64,000 nt of DNA from NCBI RefSeq assembly GCF_006345805.1, contig NC_043002.1:98766001-98830000 (forward strand), given 5' to 3'. The DNA is from Octopus sinensis (lineage: Eukaryota). Position 1 is the first letter of the stretch. Every line of letters starts with the position of its first letter. Shown in pieces: positions 12,217 to 24,784 of this stretch. Under the pieces are notes generated by a model. That model ran no database searches. It worked only from the letters and a program-made list of their open reading frames with translations, and was not told where the DNA came from. The translations under genes and the position numbers were made by a program.

Positions 12217-12528
12217 TTGCTGCTGTTGTTGCTTTTGTAGTCGTTGTTGTGTTGCTGATGGCGGCGGTTGTTGTTGGAGGTGCTGCTAATGGTGTGGTTA
12301 TTGTATTTGATGCTGTTATTGTGATGGTGGTTGTTTTGGTGATGGTAGTAGTTATTTAGAAAATATCGAAGACGTAGTCATAGTGATTGTTGGAATGGTT
12401 GTAAACCTCATGTTGCTGCTGTGTTGCGGTGGTGGCGGCGGTAGTTTTGGTGACAGTACTAATGGTTGTGTTGCTGTTAATGTATTTCTTTGGTCAGTGC
12501 TGATCGATCGAAGATAACTAAAGTACAC

Positions 12529-12560
<32 letters not shown>

Positions 12561-12887
12561 TATTATTATTATTATTAGTAGTAGTAGTAGTTATTTAGCT
12601 TCAGCTCAGCTCTTCGAGATAAAGGTAGTAGTACTAGATACGGTGGAGGTGGACGTGATGGTCAAGTAGCTAACTTATATTCCTCTGCAATCGTCACTTA
12701 GAGTGTCCGCTTGATCTGAATCTCTTGGTATCTGAGATACAAGGGGGAAAAAAGCCATTCGATGGGCCCAGTTGACAGAGGCGTAACATGGCAGCAAAGC
12801 AACGATTCGGTTTTTGGCAGGCCGTAATGGGCGCATGTTACTCGACTCCAAGCAGAGATACTGAAACTGCGACATGTCCAGCATTTC

Positions 12888-13917
12888 TTTGACGATTAGC
12901 AGGTGCGGTTGCAGTTTGTTGGCCTCACTTTTCTGCAGCTCGTCTCTTTGACTGAGATGCAGTACTGGATCAAGCATAGACTGAGACAGGGTGTCTGGTG
13001 CCTAGTGTATCGTTAGGTAAAGACGCTAAAGTTTTCGAAACAGTTGTCCGTGAATATCCTTTTCATCTTCGATTTTGAGTGTAACGTTTAAATCTGCTAA
13101 GTAGATGACATTCATAGCAGTATGTAGATGTATAACCGACGTACAGGAGGTGTAGTTTCCGAAATAGTTATCTTTAATATTCATCTACTCGTTGATTTTA
13201 TAAAGAAAATAAAAAGTGCTCACCTGAAGAGTAGAAAAACTTTAGCGCTCAATTTCAATTAGTAGTTGTCCTGAGGAACAATGTGGCTACATTGAATCCT
13301 AGATTTTGCATCGTGCTGCTGTTTCTTATAGAATTTAGTTATCAAGCAGGTGTTTTATACAACAATTCATTTCCTTATTTTTCTCAGTCTGCTCAAGAGT
13401 AATGGTCCTGCAGATACAGATTACGACACCCAGTTCATATTATATACCTGACGTTCTGGAAGTTTACAATATGGCAATGTTTAGCAGAGGTAATTGATGG
13501 GAATCAAAAAGTGGATGGGGCAGTCGATTAGAGAGATCGTACGTACCCTTCATTCACTTTTGACACAAAATAATCTGATAATTATGGTTTTGGGTGACAT
13601 ATCAATATCCTGTTATAAGGCATGGGTTTCGTGAGTTTTTGTTTGATACTTTGTTTAAAATCTTCTTAAAATGCTATGGCGTTTATTATGTATAGTCCTT
13701 GTTGTTTACCTTAGATCTAGCCCGATCATGCAGAGCTATGAAGAAAGATATTCCATTCATGACAATTCTGTTTTATTCAGACATTGTGTGTCTTGGTCTA
13801 CATTGCTCTATATATCATTATAATTTGACGATTAGCAGGTGTGGTCACAGTTTGTTAGACTCACTTTTCTGCAGTTCATCTCTTTAACTGAGCTGCAGTC
13901 CTGGATCAAGCGTAGAC
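12888..13917. repeat. Local 94-bp direct duplication (12888-12981 and 13824-13917)
   Basis: Hand alignment gives 11 mismatches in 94 nt. Confidence 0.85.
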
Positions 13918-14841
13918 AGACGACCATGATTTCGAGAAGACTAATTCAAACAAATTGAACGATCACATAGAGACTCCCTCATTTGAGGGACTGATGCTGG
14001 AAGAATGTAATGTATTCGTCATCCTTTCACACACAGTTTGCAGTAAACTTTCTCAAGTTTTTCCTTCCATTCAATTTCCTTGTCATTTAACTTGTCAATT
14101 CTTCCCCGTATAGACTTCCAGGAGCTTTCAGCTTGTACAGTTGATAAGTATATGTCATTTTCAGCTTGTACATCTATCTAATGGGATATCTTTTACAGTA
14201 ATGATTCTGCTTTATTATGTTCAAACTATGGCAGACAGATTTAGAATATTTCATGAACAGATTATTTAGTCATTTGCTTTCAAAATACGTAGGTTTGTAT
14301 TTTCGACCTTCATCACTAGTAAGCTCCTGTTTCAAGTTATGCAGGCTATAACTTAAAATTCTAAATACAGGTTGTAATTTAAGATTTCACGTTCCGTGTC
14401 TCCAAACAGTTCTAAGAATTCTTTTATTCATTTCTGAAAGTTAGTAAATGTATTAACTATGTTACTATTTATATGTATTGTAACGTATCATGTATAAATA
14501 AGTGAGGATTTGTGTATGCATGTATGTGTATGTGTGTATATGTATGTATGTATGTATGCTAGCTTGTATGTTTGTATGTATATATATGTAAGTATTTATG
14601 TATATATGCATGGATATGTGTCTGTCTGAATGAACATACGTGTGTGCATATATATGTAATCATGAAAGAAATTCCAGCTTAGACTGATTTTCCTGTTTCA
14701 TTATTTGCAATTTTTACAATTTTACAATTCAACAATATTGAAATAAACTAGTACTTTCATGCACTACGCAACCACCAGGTTTATGTAGTGACAGTCGTGT
14801 TCCGCAATTGACAACAACTGTAGTGAAATCGTTGGGTTTAT

Positions 14842-15040
14842 CCTTTAAATACCCTCCGATGTGCTTCAGCAGGCTGAATGAATCTTACGAACTGTGTTTT
14901 GACCAATCAGTATGTGGCTTAGATATCACGGTTTGGTAAGCAAGACAACTGAGTTCTAGGGTAAGTATTTCGACCAATTAGTATGTGACTTAGACGTCAC
15001 GGTTTGGTGAGCACGTCAAGGATAATTTACTCTGGTCGCA
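14842..15040 (-). promoter_or_regulatory. LTR/promoter-like fragment: duplicated CCAAT + CRE-like unit upstream of a TATA-like box
   Basis: About 41-bp repeat at 14901 and 14972 (gaccaat.agtatgtg.cttaga..tcacggtttggt.agca). Minus-strand tatttaaagg at 14842-14851. Minus strand begins TGCGACC at 15040. Confidence 0.35.
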
Positions 15041-17035
15041 CCTGAAGAAATAATTCTTTGGCTATATTTTGCAATGCTGTAAACAAAATTACTGTTTTCT
15101 TCGAAAATGTTCCCTTATACTCAATACTAATGTTAGGCCAAATACTAAGAAATCAGAGATATCTGCACTTAAACGCCTACAAAACGATAACACAGTAATC
15201 ATTAAGCAAGCAGATAAAGGGAGTGCAATTGTTATAATGGATGCAGAATACTACAGGTATTTAGTTGAGGACCAATTGTAGGACACAACATTCTTCTGTG
15301 AAATACCTTCAAATATAGACCACCACATCATGAAAAAAGTCAATAACCTGACTTAAAAACAATACAACTCACTCACCATTGACGGAAGAGACTACATTAC
15401 CAATTTCGAACCAAAACCCAGCAACTTCTATGGCTTACCAAAAATACACAAGTCAAAAGAAATTCAAACATGCAGTAAAGGAACAAGAAAGTGAGTGCTT
15501 AAAATTACTACACCCGAAAGACCTAAAACTCAGGCCTATTATAGCTGGTTCACTATGCCCTACATAGATATGCATACATACATGCATACATAAATACTCA
15601 CTTATGTATACACGATACGATACAATACATATAAATAGTAACAGTTAATAAGTTTACTAACCTTCAGAAATGAATAAAAGAATTCTTAGAACAGTTTGGA
15701 GACACGGGACCTGAAACCTTAAATTACAACCTGTATTTAAATTTATTGACATAATATTGACATCATTTTGAAACCATTATGTACCCACATGCCTAGTTTC
15801 ATCCGGGATGATATCGACTTTCTGTCCCACCTTCCCAAAACAACGGAATCAAATTAACTTTTACTTAGTTTTGATGTAGTAAGCATTTCTACATGATTCC
15901 ACATGAGTTAGGAATAAAGGCGATTAAATACCGGGTGGAAAAACATAAAGTGATTCCCAGTAGATTCACGGTGCCATTTATATTAAACGCTGTCAAACTT
16001 ATTCTTGAATATAACACATGCTTTTTCAATGGAAAGAACTACATTCAGGTTAGAGGCACAGCAATGGGAACGAGATTTGCTCACGTTTATGCGAACGCCG
16101 CAATAGGATATTTAGAAAACAACTCTATCAAAGAGTAGAGGAAATCTACGGCATTGAATTTAGAAGGTATATTGAAGATGCACGGAAGAGATATCTTGAC
16201 GATTGCTTCATAATCAGGACAAACTCTCTAGATAATCTGGAAGAATTTAATATCCTCCTGAACAACCTGCACCTAACTCCCCAATTACAAAGGAGATGAA
16301 TAATAACAAATTACCATTTCTAGACATAATGATGATTAAAAGTGATATCAACATCACCACTGATATGTACAATAAACACACAGACACGCACCAATACCTG
16401 AACTTTAAATCGTGCCATCTAGCGCATAAAAAACGCGATATCCTGCCTAGCCAGGAAAATTTGTACCATTGTGAAAGATGTAAATACTAGAGACAAACGC
16501 CTAACAAAACTCAAAGAATTTCTCCTTACACAAAAATGCCTGCTTCTACTTATAGAAAATGGTATACAGCGTGCTATAGAAATACTCATACAACGTAGGG
16601 CAACCCCCAAAAAGAAGAAAACAAGAACAAGTCACACTATGCATTGTGACACACAATCCGTGTCATCAAAATATCTTTAGCATTGCACAAAGCAAACTTA
16701 CCGATCATTGCTCAAAGTAATAAATTAAAGGATATAATCACAGATCGTGCTATGATTCCAAGTAAAAGAAAGTCGAAGAACTTGAAACAATTATTAACAG
16801 AGGCAAAGATTGATCTAAGCAACAATGACGAATCATCAATCGCATCTAAATGCAATGATTATCGCTGTGGTACATGTCAATTCATACACGCCGGTCAATA
16901 TATGAACACAAAAATCAGAAGAATATTTTCCAATGGAAATATGAACTGCAAAAGCAGAAATTTAATTTACTGCATCAAATGCTCGAATTTTGCTGATATA
17001 TACGTTGGTCAGACTGGAAATGCATTGTCGGAACT
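15041..17035 (+). pseudogene. Degraded Penelope-like retroelement (RT + Cys-rich linker + GIY-YIG; Neptune-like)
   Basis: Motifs across broken frames: IKQADKGSAIVIMD, FYGLPKIHK, LRPIIA, SFDVVS, GTAMGT, RYLDDCF, LPFLDI, HQYLNFKSCH, CNDYRCGTC, NCKSRNLIYCIKC..IYVGQT. Many stops and frameshifts, and an insertion at about 15565-15735. Confidence 0.92.
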
Positions 17036-17524
17036 TCACCCAAGAGTAGGCTGTCATTCTTCTCTACAGTCCAATAGAGAAAGTGAACCCATTACTGCAT
17101 GATAATATAAAAAAGAATTGCTAATTCCCCTATACAGATAGATCGCTTATTACATAGCGATACATAAAAAAACATAAATAGATTAGACAGATAGTTATAA
17201 TAGATAAAAAGATTAATACATGCATATACATAGATTGATAAATCGAGACAGATGGAAAGATGAAAATATAAAGAGATTAATAAACAGTTATTCTTTTATT
17301 TGAGACTTGACGCTAATTGGTTCAATCTGCAAGATGTCGTTACAGAGCTAAAATTCTACTTTTGTATCACATATTACATCACATATTAAGAATTTAATTC
17401 AAAGTAAATAATACAAAAATAAATACATAAAAGGATATATATATATGTATACATAATTTAATATACACAGTATTTAAATATGAGCTGCTATTAGTTTCAT
17501 TTGGTGAGGCTGTGAAAACACATT

Positions 17525-17760
17525 AAGCATTAGAATAAGTTCTCCTTCCGGGGTCATATCGACATCCAGGGCCGATATTCTTTGGATTCTCTAGCATATA
17601 TACCTGCTGATCCACTGCAGGAATACTCATTTTTTCCAGGTGAATGGACTGAAGCAACGTGGAATGAAGTGTTATTCTCAAGAGCCCAACGCCCACTCCA
17701 AAAATCGAAATCACAATCTTACGATCAGGAATCCAACACCCTAACCACAGACACACACAC
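17525..17760 (-). mobile_element. Diverged tRNA-derived CORE-like SINE (relative of family D)
   Basis: Minus strand: tggttagggtg...gatttcgatt...tcttgagaataacacttcattccacgttgcttcagtccattcacctgg..aaatgagta. Confidence 0.6.
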
Positions 17761-18002
17761 ACATATAAGAAGTAAATGGGATTCACAAATCCAGAAGGAT
17801 ACCAATAAAACACTCAATGTTAAACGAATTTGGTCAACTACAGCCAAGAATCAGATATCAATAACTGCAAGTAGAATACGATTCCAAAATAATGCCTCAT
17901 GTTTAACAAGTAAATCCAGAATATCGTTTAGAAGAATTTCAAGAAATTCGGAGTGTAAGACAACAAAAATCAGAATGGAGAAAATCAAATGTTTAATAGG
18001 TA

Positions 18003-19293
18003 CGAGGGGCGTTCAATAAGTAATGCCCCTGACCCACTTCCCATAGCAGTAGAGCAACGAAACTTGGCACAGTTATTAGTCTTTTTCTACATAGGAACCA
18101 CCCAGAGTTACGCATTTCTACCATCGTTTGATGCGGCTCTGGATACCGTTTTTGTAGAAGAACCCAGCTTGGTCCTCCAACCTCAACGTGACTTCAGAAA
18201 TCAAGGCTGCATCATCTGAGAAACGCTTTTCTTTCAAAAACAACTTCATGATTGGGAAGAGGTGAAAATCAGAGGGTGCAAGGTCAGGAAAGTAGGGGGG
18301 ATGGGGAGGAGTTCATAGCCATACGCCTGTGCTTCTGATCTGGCGACAAACGAGTTGTGGACCGGAGCGTTGTCCTGCAGGAGGAGGATGCCTTTGCTGA
18401 TCTTGCCCCGCCTCTTGATTTTGATAACTTCTCTTAATTTCCTCAACAGTGAAGCATAATAGGCTCCTGCAATTGTGGTACCCTTTGCCAGGAAATCTGT
18501 CATCACTACTCCATCCTGGTCCCAGAAGACTGTGAGCATGACCTTGCCAGCGGAGGGCTGCACCCTTGTCTTCTTTGGAGGGGGTGAGTCACGGTGCTTC
18601 CACTGCATTGACTGGGCTTTGGTCTCTGGATCATCGTGATGGACCCATGTTTCATCCTGTGTAATCAGTCTTTTGAAAAATTTTGACTCATCTTCTTGGC
18701 ACATCTCCAAATTCACCCTCGAGCACTCGACGCGTTCTTGCTTCTGGAAAGGCGTAAGCAACCTGGGAATCCATCTGGGAGACACCTTTTGCATATGCAA
18801 ATGGTCATGAATGATAGTTTCCACAGACCCGGTACTAATCTTGACCTCATGGGCTATTTGGCGAATAATTATGCGTCGATCTTCCAAAATGGCAGCCTCA
18901 ACTTGACGGACAGATGCCTCATCAATGGCAGAAGGGGGCGACCAGATCTGGGAGCTGTTTCCACAGAGTTCCGACCATGTTTGAATTCACGATACCAGCG
19001 TTTTACAAGGTCATATGATGGGGCATCATCACCATAAGTTACTTTCATTTCATCAAAAGTCTCCCGTGGTGTGTGTCCTTTCAAATACAAAAACCGGATC
19101 ACTGCTCGACACTCAACAGGCTCGATTTCACACTTGACTCAGTTCAAACACCTGTAAATCAGAAACCACAATTAATTCAGAGCTGTAATTTGCCACTTAA
19201 TCTATAGAGATATAAATGATTGCACATGCAAAATTTCAGCTAGATCAAACAACTGCAAGTGGGTCAGAGGGATTACTTATTGAACGTCCCTCG
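18003..19293 (-). mobile_element. Full-length mariner (irritans-like) transposon, 1291 bp, inactive transposase
   Basis: TIRs cgaggg(g/a)cgttcaataagtaat at both ends, with TA duplications at 18001-2 and 19294-5. The transposase at about 18076-19130 has RWIPRLL, QDETW, QDNAP, YFPDLAPSD (D,D34D), two frameshifts and one internal TAG. Confidence 0.97.
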
Positions 19294-19699
19294 TAATTAC
19301 ACCATATAACACGAATGATCGTTTTTGTTGTGTCAACATACTTAGATAAAAAAGATATCATTCAAATTAATATATCCGAAAATATATGTTAATACAACGT
19401 TATCAAAGCAGTCCAAAATTGGTTAAATTCAATGAGATCTAACAAAATATCTCTTGGAGACGAACACATACAAAAAGAACGTTAAGAAGAAGTGTAACAG
19501 AAAAGTCATTTTAGTACTTAACTTTTGATGATGTCAGTAGATAAGGAAAATATAAGAATAAACATAGGAATTCTACCTTCCGACAATTAGAAACTTAGAA
19601 ATTCGATATCACGACAATTATCTATCTATTAAATATACTAAATATTTTTTAGAAAAGTTATGCGTATTATATTATATGAAAAGCAATTATAATTCATGG

Positions 19700-19935
19700 G
19701 TTATAGAGAATTGAAATATTTAAATGCTTTTCTATATTTGTGAGAACATTTCAATGTAAAATTACCTTTATAATTTAATAATATTAATTTAGAATTAATT
19801 ATATAATACGTATCCTCAAAGCAAAGATCACATTTGAAATTACCAGTACTGTACGGTGGTGCGTAACTAATAAGGGACAACTTTAAATCATACTTAATGT
19901 TCCTATACTTTAAGTTCCAAATGCACTTATATATA
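19700..19935 (-). mobile_element. Penelope-like element C-terminal remnant (Naiad-like Cys-rich tail)
   Basis: YIYKCIWNLKYRNIKYDLKLSLISYAPPYSTGNFKCDLCFEDTYYI...LLNYKGNFTLKCSHK; same motif order as 4150-4325. Confidence 0.6.
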
Positions 19936-20002
19936 TAAGGCCCTGGGTGGGTAGAAAGATAAGGTATTTCCAATGCAGTACTCGACTCAAGCTTCAGGCA
20001 AT

Positions 20003-20466
20003 CTACTCCAGACTAACATCGAAATTCTTCCGATGTAGAGAATTAAAGTTTCACAGCGGTAAAATGGCTGCGTGCGTTTCGTGAAGAGTAAAATATAATC
20101 TAAAGGAAAAGTTTAAGAAAGACTTTAAAACATTTTTAACGATCAGTTACACTTATCTCGGTACCAACTTTGCTTTCAATGCCAGTTAACGAAAAAAGTC
20201 CAAGTGAAAATTTACGTAATATTTACGGTTTTAAATATTTATGGCACTTCTTCAGACCTGCATCAAAGATGTACTCTTACATTAACCTACCTTTGATGAA
20301 GGTCTGAGGAAGTGCCACTCTAATGTTTAAAATCGCAAATGTTACGTAAGTTTTCAGTTGGAACTTTTACGTGAACTGGCGTTGAAAGCAAAGTCGGTAC
20401 AGAGATAATTGTACCTGATAATTAAAGATGTGTTAAAATATTCCTTTGTATTTTTATTTGGATTAC

Positions 20467-20468
<2 letters not shown>
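20003..20468. repeat. About 375-bp imperfect fold-back element (arms 20093-20268 / 20291-20468) with family flank
   Basis: The reverse complement of the right arm aligns to the left arm along its length, with a 22-nt loop. The outer part is shared with 5058-5230. (TA)n/(TG)n follows. Confidence 0.9.
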
Positions 20469-20501
<33 letters not shown>

Positions 20502-20502
20502 G

Positions 20503-20533
<31 letters not shown>

Positions 20534-20534
20534 A

Positions 20535-20569
<35 letters not shown>

Positions 20570-21000
20570 AACTGGGAAAAGTGTCAGGCATTGTAAAATG
20601 TTATAAAGACGCCGTAAAAATGTCCTTAAGTAATTTCCTTCCTAGTTGACAAATAAAAACAAACAAAAATCAAATGAAAAAAAAAAACAAAAAAACAAAG
20701 TCTACCGGCAATTATTAGTGACTCTCACTGAAAAGGGAAGATAATTTCAAAGCAATTAACAATTAATCTTTCAAAGTTAATTGAACATGCTTCGAGGAAG
20801 GAAAACATGAATTTTGTTAACAGTCAAGAAGCAAGGAATGTTTAAACTTTCTTTCCTATTGCTGTTTTATTTAAAACATTCTAATAATTGAATTTCACGC
20901 ATTGAATTAACTAGGTTTCCATTATTGCTTAGCTCCTGGTCAACACTGCCATGAACAATCTGAACTAAATTATCTTATGTAACCCTTCCCATCTTCTGTT

Positions 21001-21003
<3 letters not shown>

Positions 21004-21098
<95 letters not shown>

Positions 21099-21100
21099 CA
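21004..21100. repeat. (TA)n microsatellite
   Basis: Direct reading. Confidence 0.98.
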
Positions 21101-21403
21101 TATGTTTATTCCCTCCCTCCTTCAGCTTACCGTGGTCTTTTCCGTAGGCTTTTCCGTAAGCTTTTCTTTCCGCGGATAAACCTAATCTTGCTTTTTACAT
21201 TTAAAAAATTCTTCTGTGATATACGATTACTTTTGATCGGAATTTTATTTTATTTTATTTATTTTCGAAAAGAAAAGCTCAACATTTGTATTTGTCCCCT
21301 CTGTGTTCAGCCCTGTGTGGCCAATAAAGAAAGTTATATAAATATATATATATTTACATTATTTACATTGGACAGATATGTGTCCTCATCTTGTTTGTTG
21401 TTT

Positions 21404-21447
21404 ACACAACGTTTCAGCTGATTTACTCTCCAGTTTTCATCAGGTGT
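21404..21447 (-). ncRNA. Minimal type-I hammerhead ribozyme (intact core, weakened stem II)
   Basis: Minus strand: ACAC-CUGAUGA-A-AACUG-gagaguaaau-CAGCU-GAA-ACGU-U-GUGU. Stem I is 4 bp perfect, stem III is the ACGU palindrome, and stem II has an A-U closing pair and one mismatch. Confidence 0.7.
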
Positions 21448-21967
21448 CCTGGTAGAATTTTGAACCCTACCTTGGGTTCTCATTCCTAAAGTATCTTTTG
21501 CTGACATTATTATTAAAATATGTCTCTTACATATTTCAACTTCCAAAAACAAATTCGCTTCAGTTACTGTGGAGAAAACGTTCCCTCTTATGGCAAAAGG
21601 TGCAATAACACCGTGTTTGCGCAGTGCTGTTCTCTATCGGATTCTCAAACACGCTTCTAGTTCTTTAACAGTTATCAATGGGAACTACTGAAGAGAGATA
21701 ACTCTGGCCAGATTTTGAAGCCGTAGCTTGAATTAAAACATAGTCAACAACATTGACTGGGTTACACTATTAGGCTGCGTGGTCGAAAGAAATTCAGCAG
21801 GGTTTTATTCCCCCACCCCAGTAACTGCAGTGAATTTGTCATTAGAAGTTGAAAAATATCTGAAGGCTATTTTAACACTGACACTAGCGAACTTTCACCC
21901 ACCTTATGCATATAGCCATGTTTACACTAACAAAAAGGGTAAAGCCCCCCCCCGCTTCGGTTATAAA

Positions 21968-22290
21968 TGACCATGGGATTGCACATAGGAAGTATCCCCC
22001 CGGAAGTACAGGTCCGGACAATGTTGTTTATGGAAGATCAGCAGCCACCCATGTATGCCAGCATCCCCTCTCCACGCCACACCACCAGTGTTATCCAAGG
22101 GAAAGGCAAAGGCCAATACAGCTTGGCACCAGTGACATCGCAACTCATTTCTACAGCTGAGTGAATTGGAGCAGCGTTAAATAAAGTGTTTTGCTCAAGA
22201 ACACAACTCACACAGCCTGGTCCAGGAATCAAACTCACTACCTCATGATTGTGAGCCTGGCGCTCTAACCACTGAGCCATGAGCCTTCAC
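21968..22290 (-). mobile_element. tRNA-derived CORE-like SINE family D
   Basis: Reverse complement of 42530-42850; A/B boxes, then tgtgttcttgagcaa.acactttattt.acg.tgctcca.ttcactcagctgtagaaatgagt (CORE-like). Confidence 0.9.
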
Positions 22291-22419
22291 AATTTTTTTA
22301 TAGTAATAATATTATTACAATTTGATATGTTTATTTTGTAATTCTACTTTTAATACTTCAGCAGTTTACAGAGAAACTGTCAATACAAACCACTTTCAGT
22401 TTTTATCTGTTTAGGCTTT

Positions 22420-22860
22420 TGCTAAATTTTTCCAGCCATTGGAGTGCGGCCATGGTGGCGTATTGCCTTGAAGTGTTTAGTCGAACAATACCACCTCTGT
22501 ACTTAGCGTTTCGGCAAAAAAGACCGATTGATTAATTTACCAGACTAAGAAAACAAAAAACACCTCTGTACTTTCTCTTTTTAATTAAGGTAATTAATCT
22601 ATCGGTCCTTTTTGCCGAAACGCTAAGTTATGGAGATGTAAACAAACCAAAGCCAATTGTCAAGCTATGAGAAGACAAGCACAAAACACACACACACACA
22701 CACATGCAAGTATTCATATACAGACTAAATTCTACGCAGTTTCCACTTATTAAATTCATTCACAAGACGTAGGTCAACCTGGTGCTATAGCTGAAGCCAG
22801 TCAACGAATTCAAAACTAGATGGCTGCGAACCAGATGTCTTAACTGCGCTGCTATGGCTG
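22420..22860 (-). mobile_element. Diverged SINE family A with internal inverted duplication
   Basis: Family A motifs (gcggccatg, tttagtcgaaca, ttttgccgaa.cgctaagtta); extra inverted 40-mer at 22501-22541. Confidence 0.7.
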
Positions 22861-23090
22861 CATTGATCGATGAAGAAAGACAAAAAACGTAAAAATGGTT
22901 TGTAGCATAAAGACAATGCAGAGTCGAATAAATCGAGCCGAAGTATTTGACTGGTATCTTACATTATCATAGTTGGAAAGAATTACAGGTAGTCATCCTC
23001 TTCGGAATTTTGAAAGTTGATTGTGAAGACATTTTAACTGTTGTTGTGGGTAACCAATAGTTATCGATTAATGGCATATTTCTTTAAGAG

Positions 23091-24784
23091 CAGTGTTTTC
23101 TAATATGAGGTCATGGCAAAATTCAGTGAGGCTACCGAAAAATTTGAGAACTAAGTAAGTAGACACAGTGAAGGGTGCCTCCCAATTACTATTCTGTATC
23201 TTCCAAAAAATTTCTATTACTGTCTTTAAGTCTTTAGCAAATTATAAAACCATGGATACACTCACACACATTCAATGCATTTGCCGTATCTTAAGTTCTG
23301 TCAAGACAGAACAAAGAAAGAATAATTTGATAATAATTTATCATTCATAATAACTTCGAGAATGATTTATTCATGAATTATAAAGTATCAAGTTGGCACT
23401 GGAAAGTCTCGTATGAATTAATTATGTTACTGCGTTGAAGAACATATATCCAGTGACAATCTATGAGGGTAATTGCCAGCGTTGCTTTGTTGAATTTTTG
23501 GACAGTGTTATAATGTTTCCGAATTGTCAGTAGCATGGAAAAGAAATCCTAGCTGCCAAATGTGACATCTACCTTTCAGATATTTTGAAGCTGAATTTAT
23601 AGAACAAACAGCTACAACGTAAAATTATTTTTTGCTGTTTGTAAGTTGCAAAGAAACTGTTGGTGCTTTACTTGGAAAACTTAATATATTTTGGTTAAAT
23701 ATTGGGCTCAAAGTTTTGATGCATTTTCCATCCCCCACCACTATTATGGATGGGCTGTAAATGGATGTTATTTTAGTGTACAATGAGCATTTGAAAAATC
23801 TGCGTAATGATATAGAAATTAGGTTCAAAATTAGGTTCCAATTTAGGTGGTAAACCCATTCGAGACAAATGCAGCTGATGTTCATATCAGACAGCATTTC
23901 CCGTTTTGAATTGCAGAGTGATAAAACTAAATTTAATTATTCGTAGACTCAATAGCTTACGGACAAGTAATGAAATCGCTTTGAAATTCTCTTTGTTTTG
24001 GCTGGAAGTAAAACTATATTTTATTGTTTTTCTTACTTCTTTACCTAGTTGGATCGGTTTTTTCCGAGTGTTTTCCTTACAATTAAAAGCTTACAATCGC
24101 TCACGTAGAGATGATCTTTGTTTGCTTCTAACAATCAGGGATACTGATGCTGAAAACTTGCAAAACTGCATCTGTCACAAGGATTTCACAGAATAAATAC
24201 AGTAAAGATGTAATATGTTTTTATTTTTGAGCTAAAAAAAATATTATTCTTTTTAGAAGTTATCTTTCTGTGTGTCAATAGAATTTTTTTCTTTTGTTAC
24301 GTGTGTGACATCAGAAAAAACTGTTTGAGTACAAATGTTTGTTTTATTAAGCACACAAAATATTTTTGTTTTTGTGAAATAGAATAACAGATACAAAATG
24401 TGCAATTAATAGATTCTGATATTTTTATGGAGTTTGCTACGTCAATGACAGAAAACAGGCTAGCTGTGAAAATTGAGATGTAACATATTTGTTTATTATT
24501 TTAAATTTTTGCTCAAAAATTGTTTTCAATACAAATTATCAATTTTTAAGTATTTATAGAAATAGATTTCAAAACTAAACAAAAACAATATTACAAATTT
24601 AGTTTTTATTTGATAAATTTAATAAATTCTATTTTTATTAAACGTTTTTAACTTTTTCGAAAGTGACCCCTTTCTACCATCAACCATTTATTACAAAACT
24701 GAGGTACATTTTCCACCAATAATGTCTAAGGGAATCAGACAAATGAACAATTCCAAGGGATGGGGCATGAACTAAAAACCACTG
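23091..24784 (+). mobile_element. hAT (Buster/Charlie-like) DNA transposon, internally deleted
   Basis: TIRs cagtgttttcta / cagtggttttta. 8-bp TSD tttaagag / ttttagag (7/8 match; nnnTAnnn Buster pattern). Broken transposase C-terminus at 23780-24196: LVYNEHLKNLRNDIEIRF..NPFE..ELQSD..FIVFLTS..DDLCLLLT. Confidence 0.8.

Noticed and set aside
12675-12977. 100-aa minus-strand ORF as a real gene
   Set aside because: No recognisable domain, and the duplicate copy at 13824-13917 has two stops in this frame.
17582-18019. 145-aa plus-strand ORF
   Set aside because: It is a chimera of a reversed SINE, a CA repeat, AT-rich decayed sequence and the mariner TIR.
19701-19973. Selenocysteine-type PLE
   Set aside because: The Cys motifs are ordinary TGY codons; no in-frame UGA or SECIS could be identified by eye.
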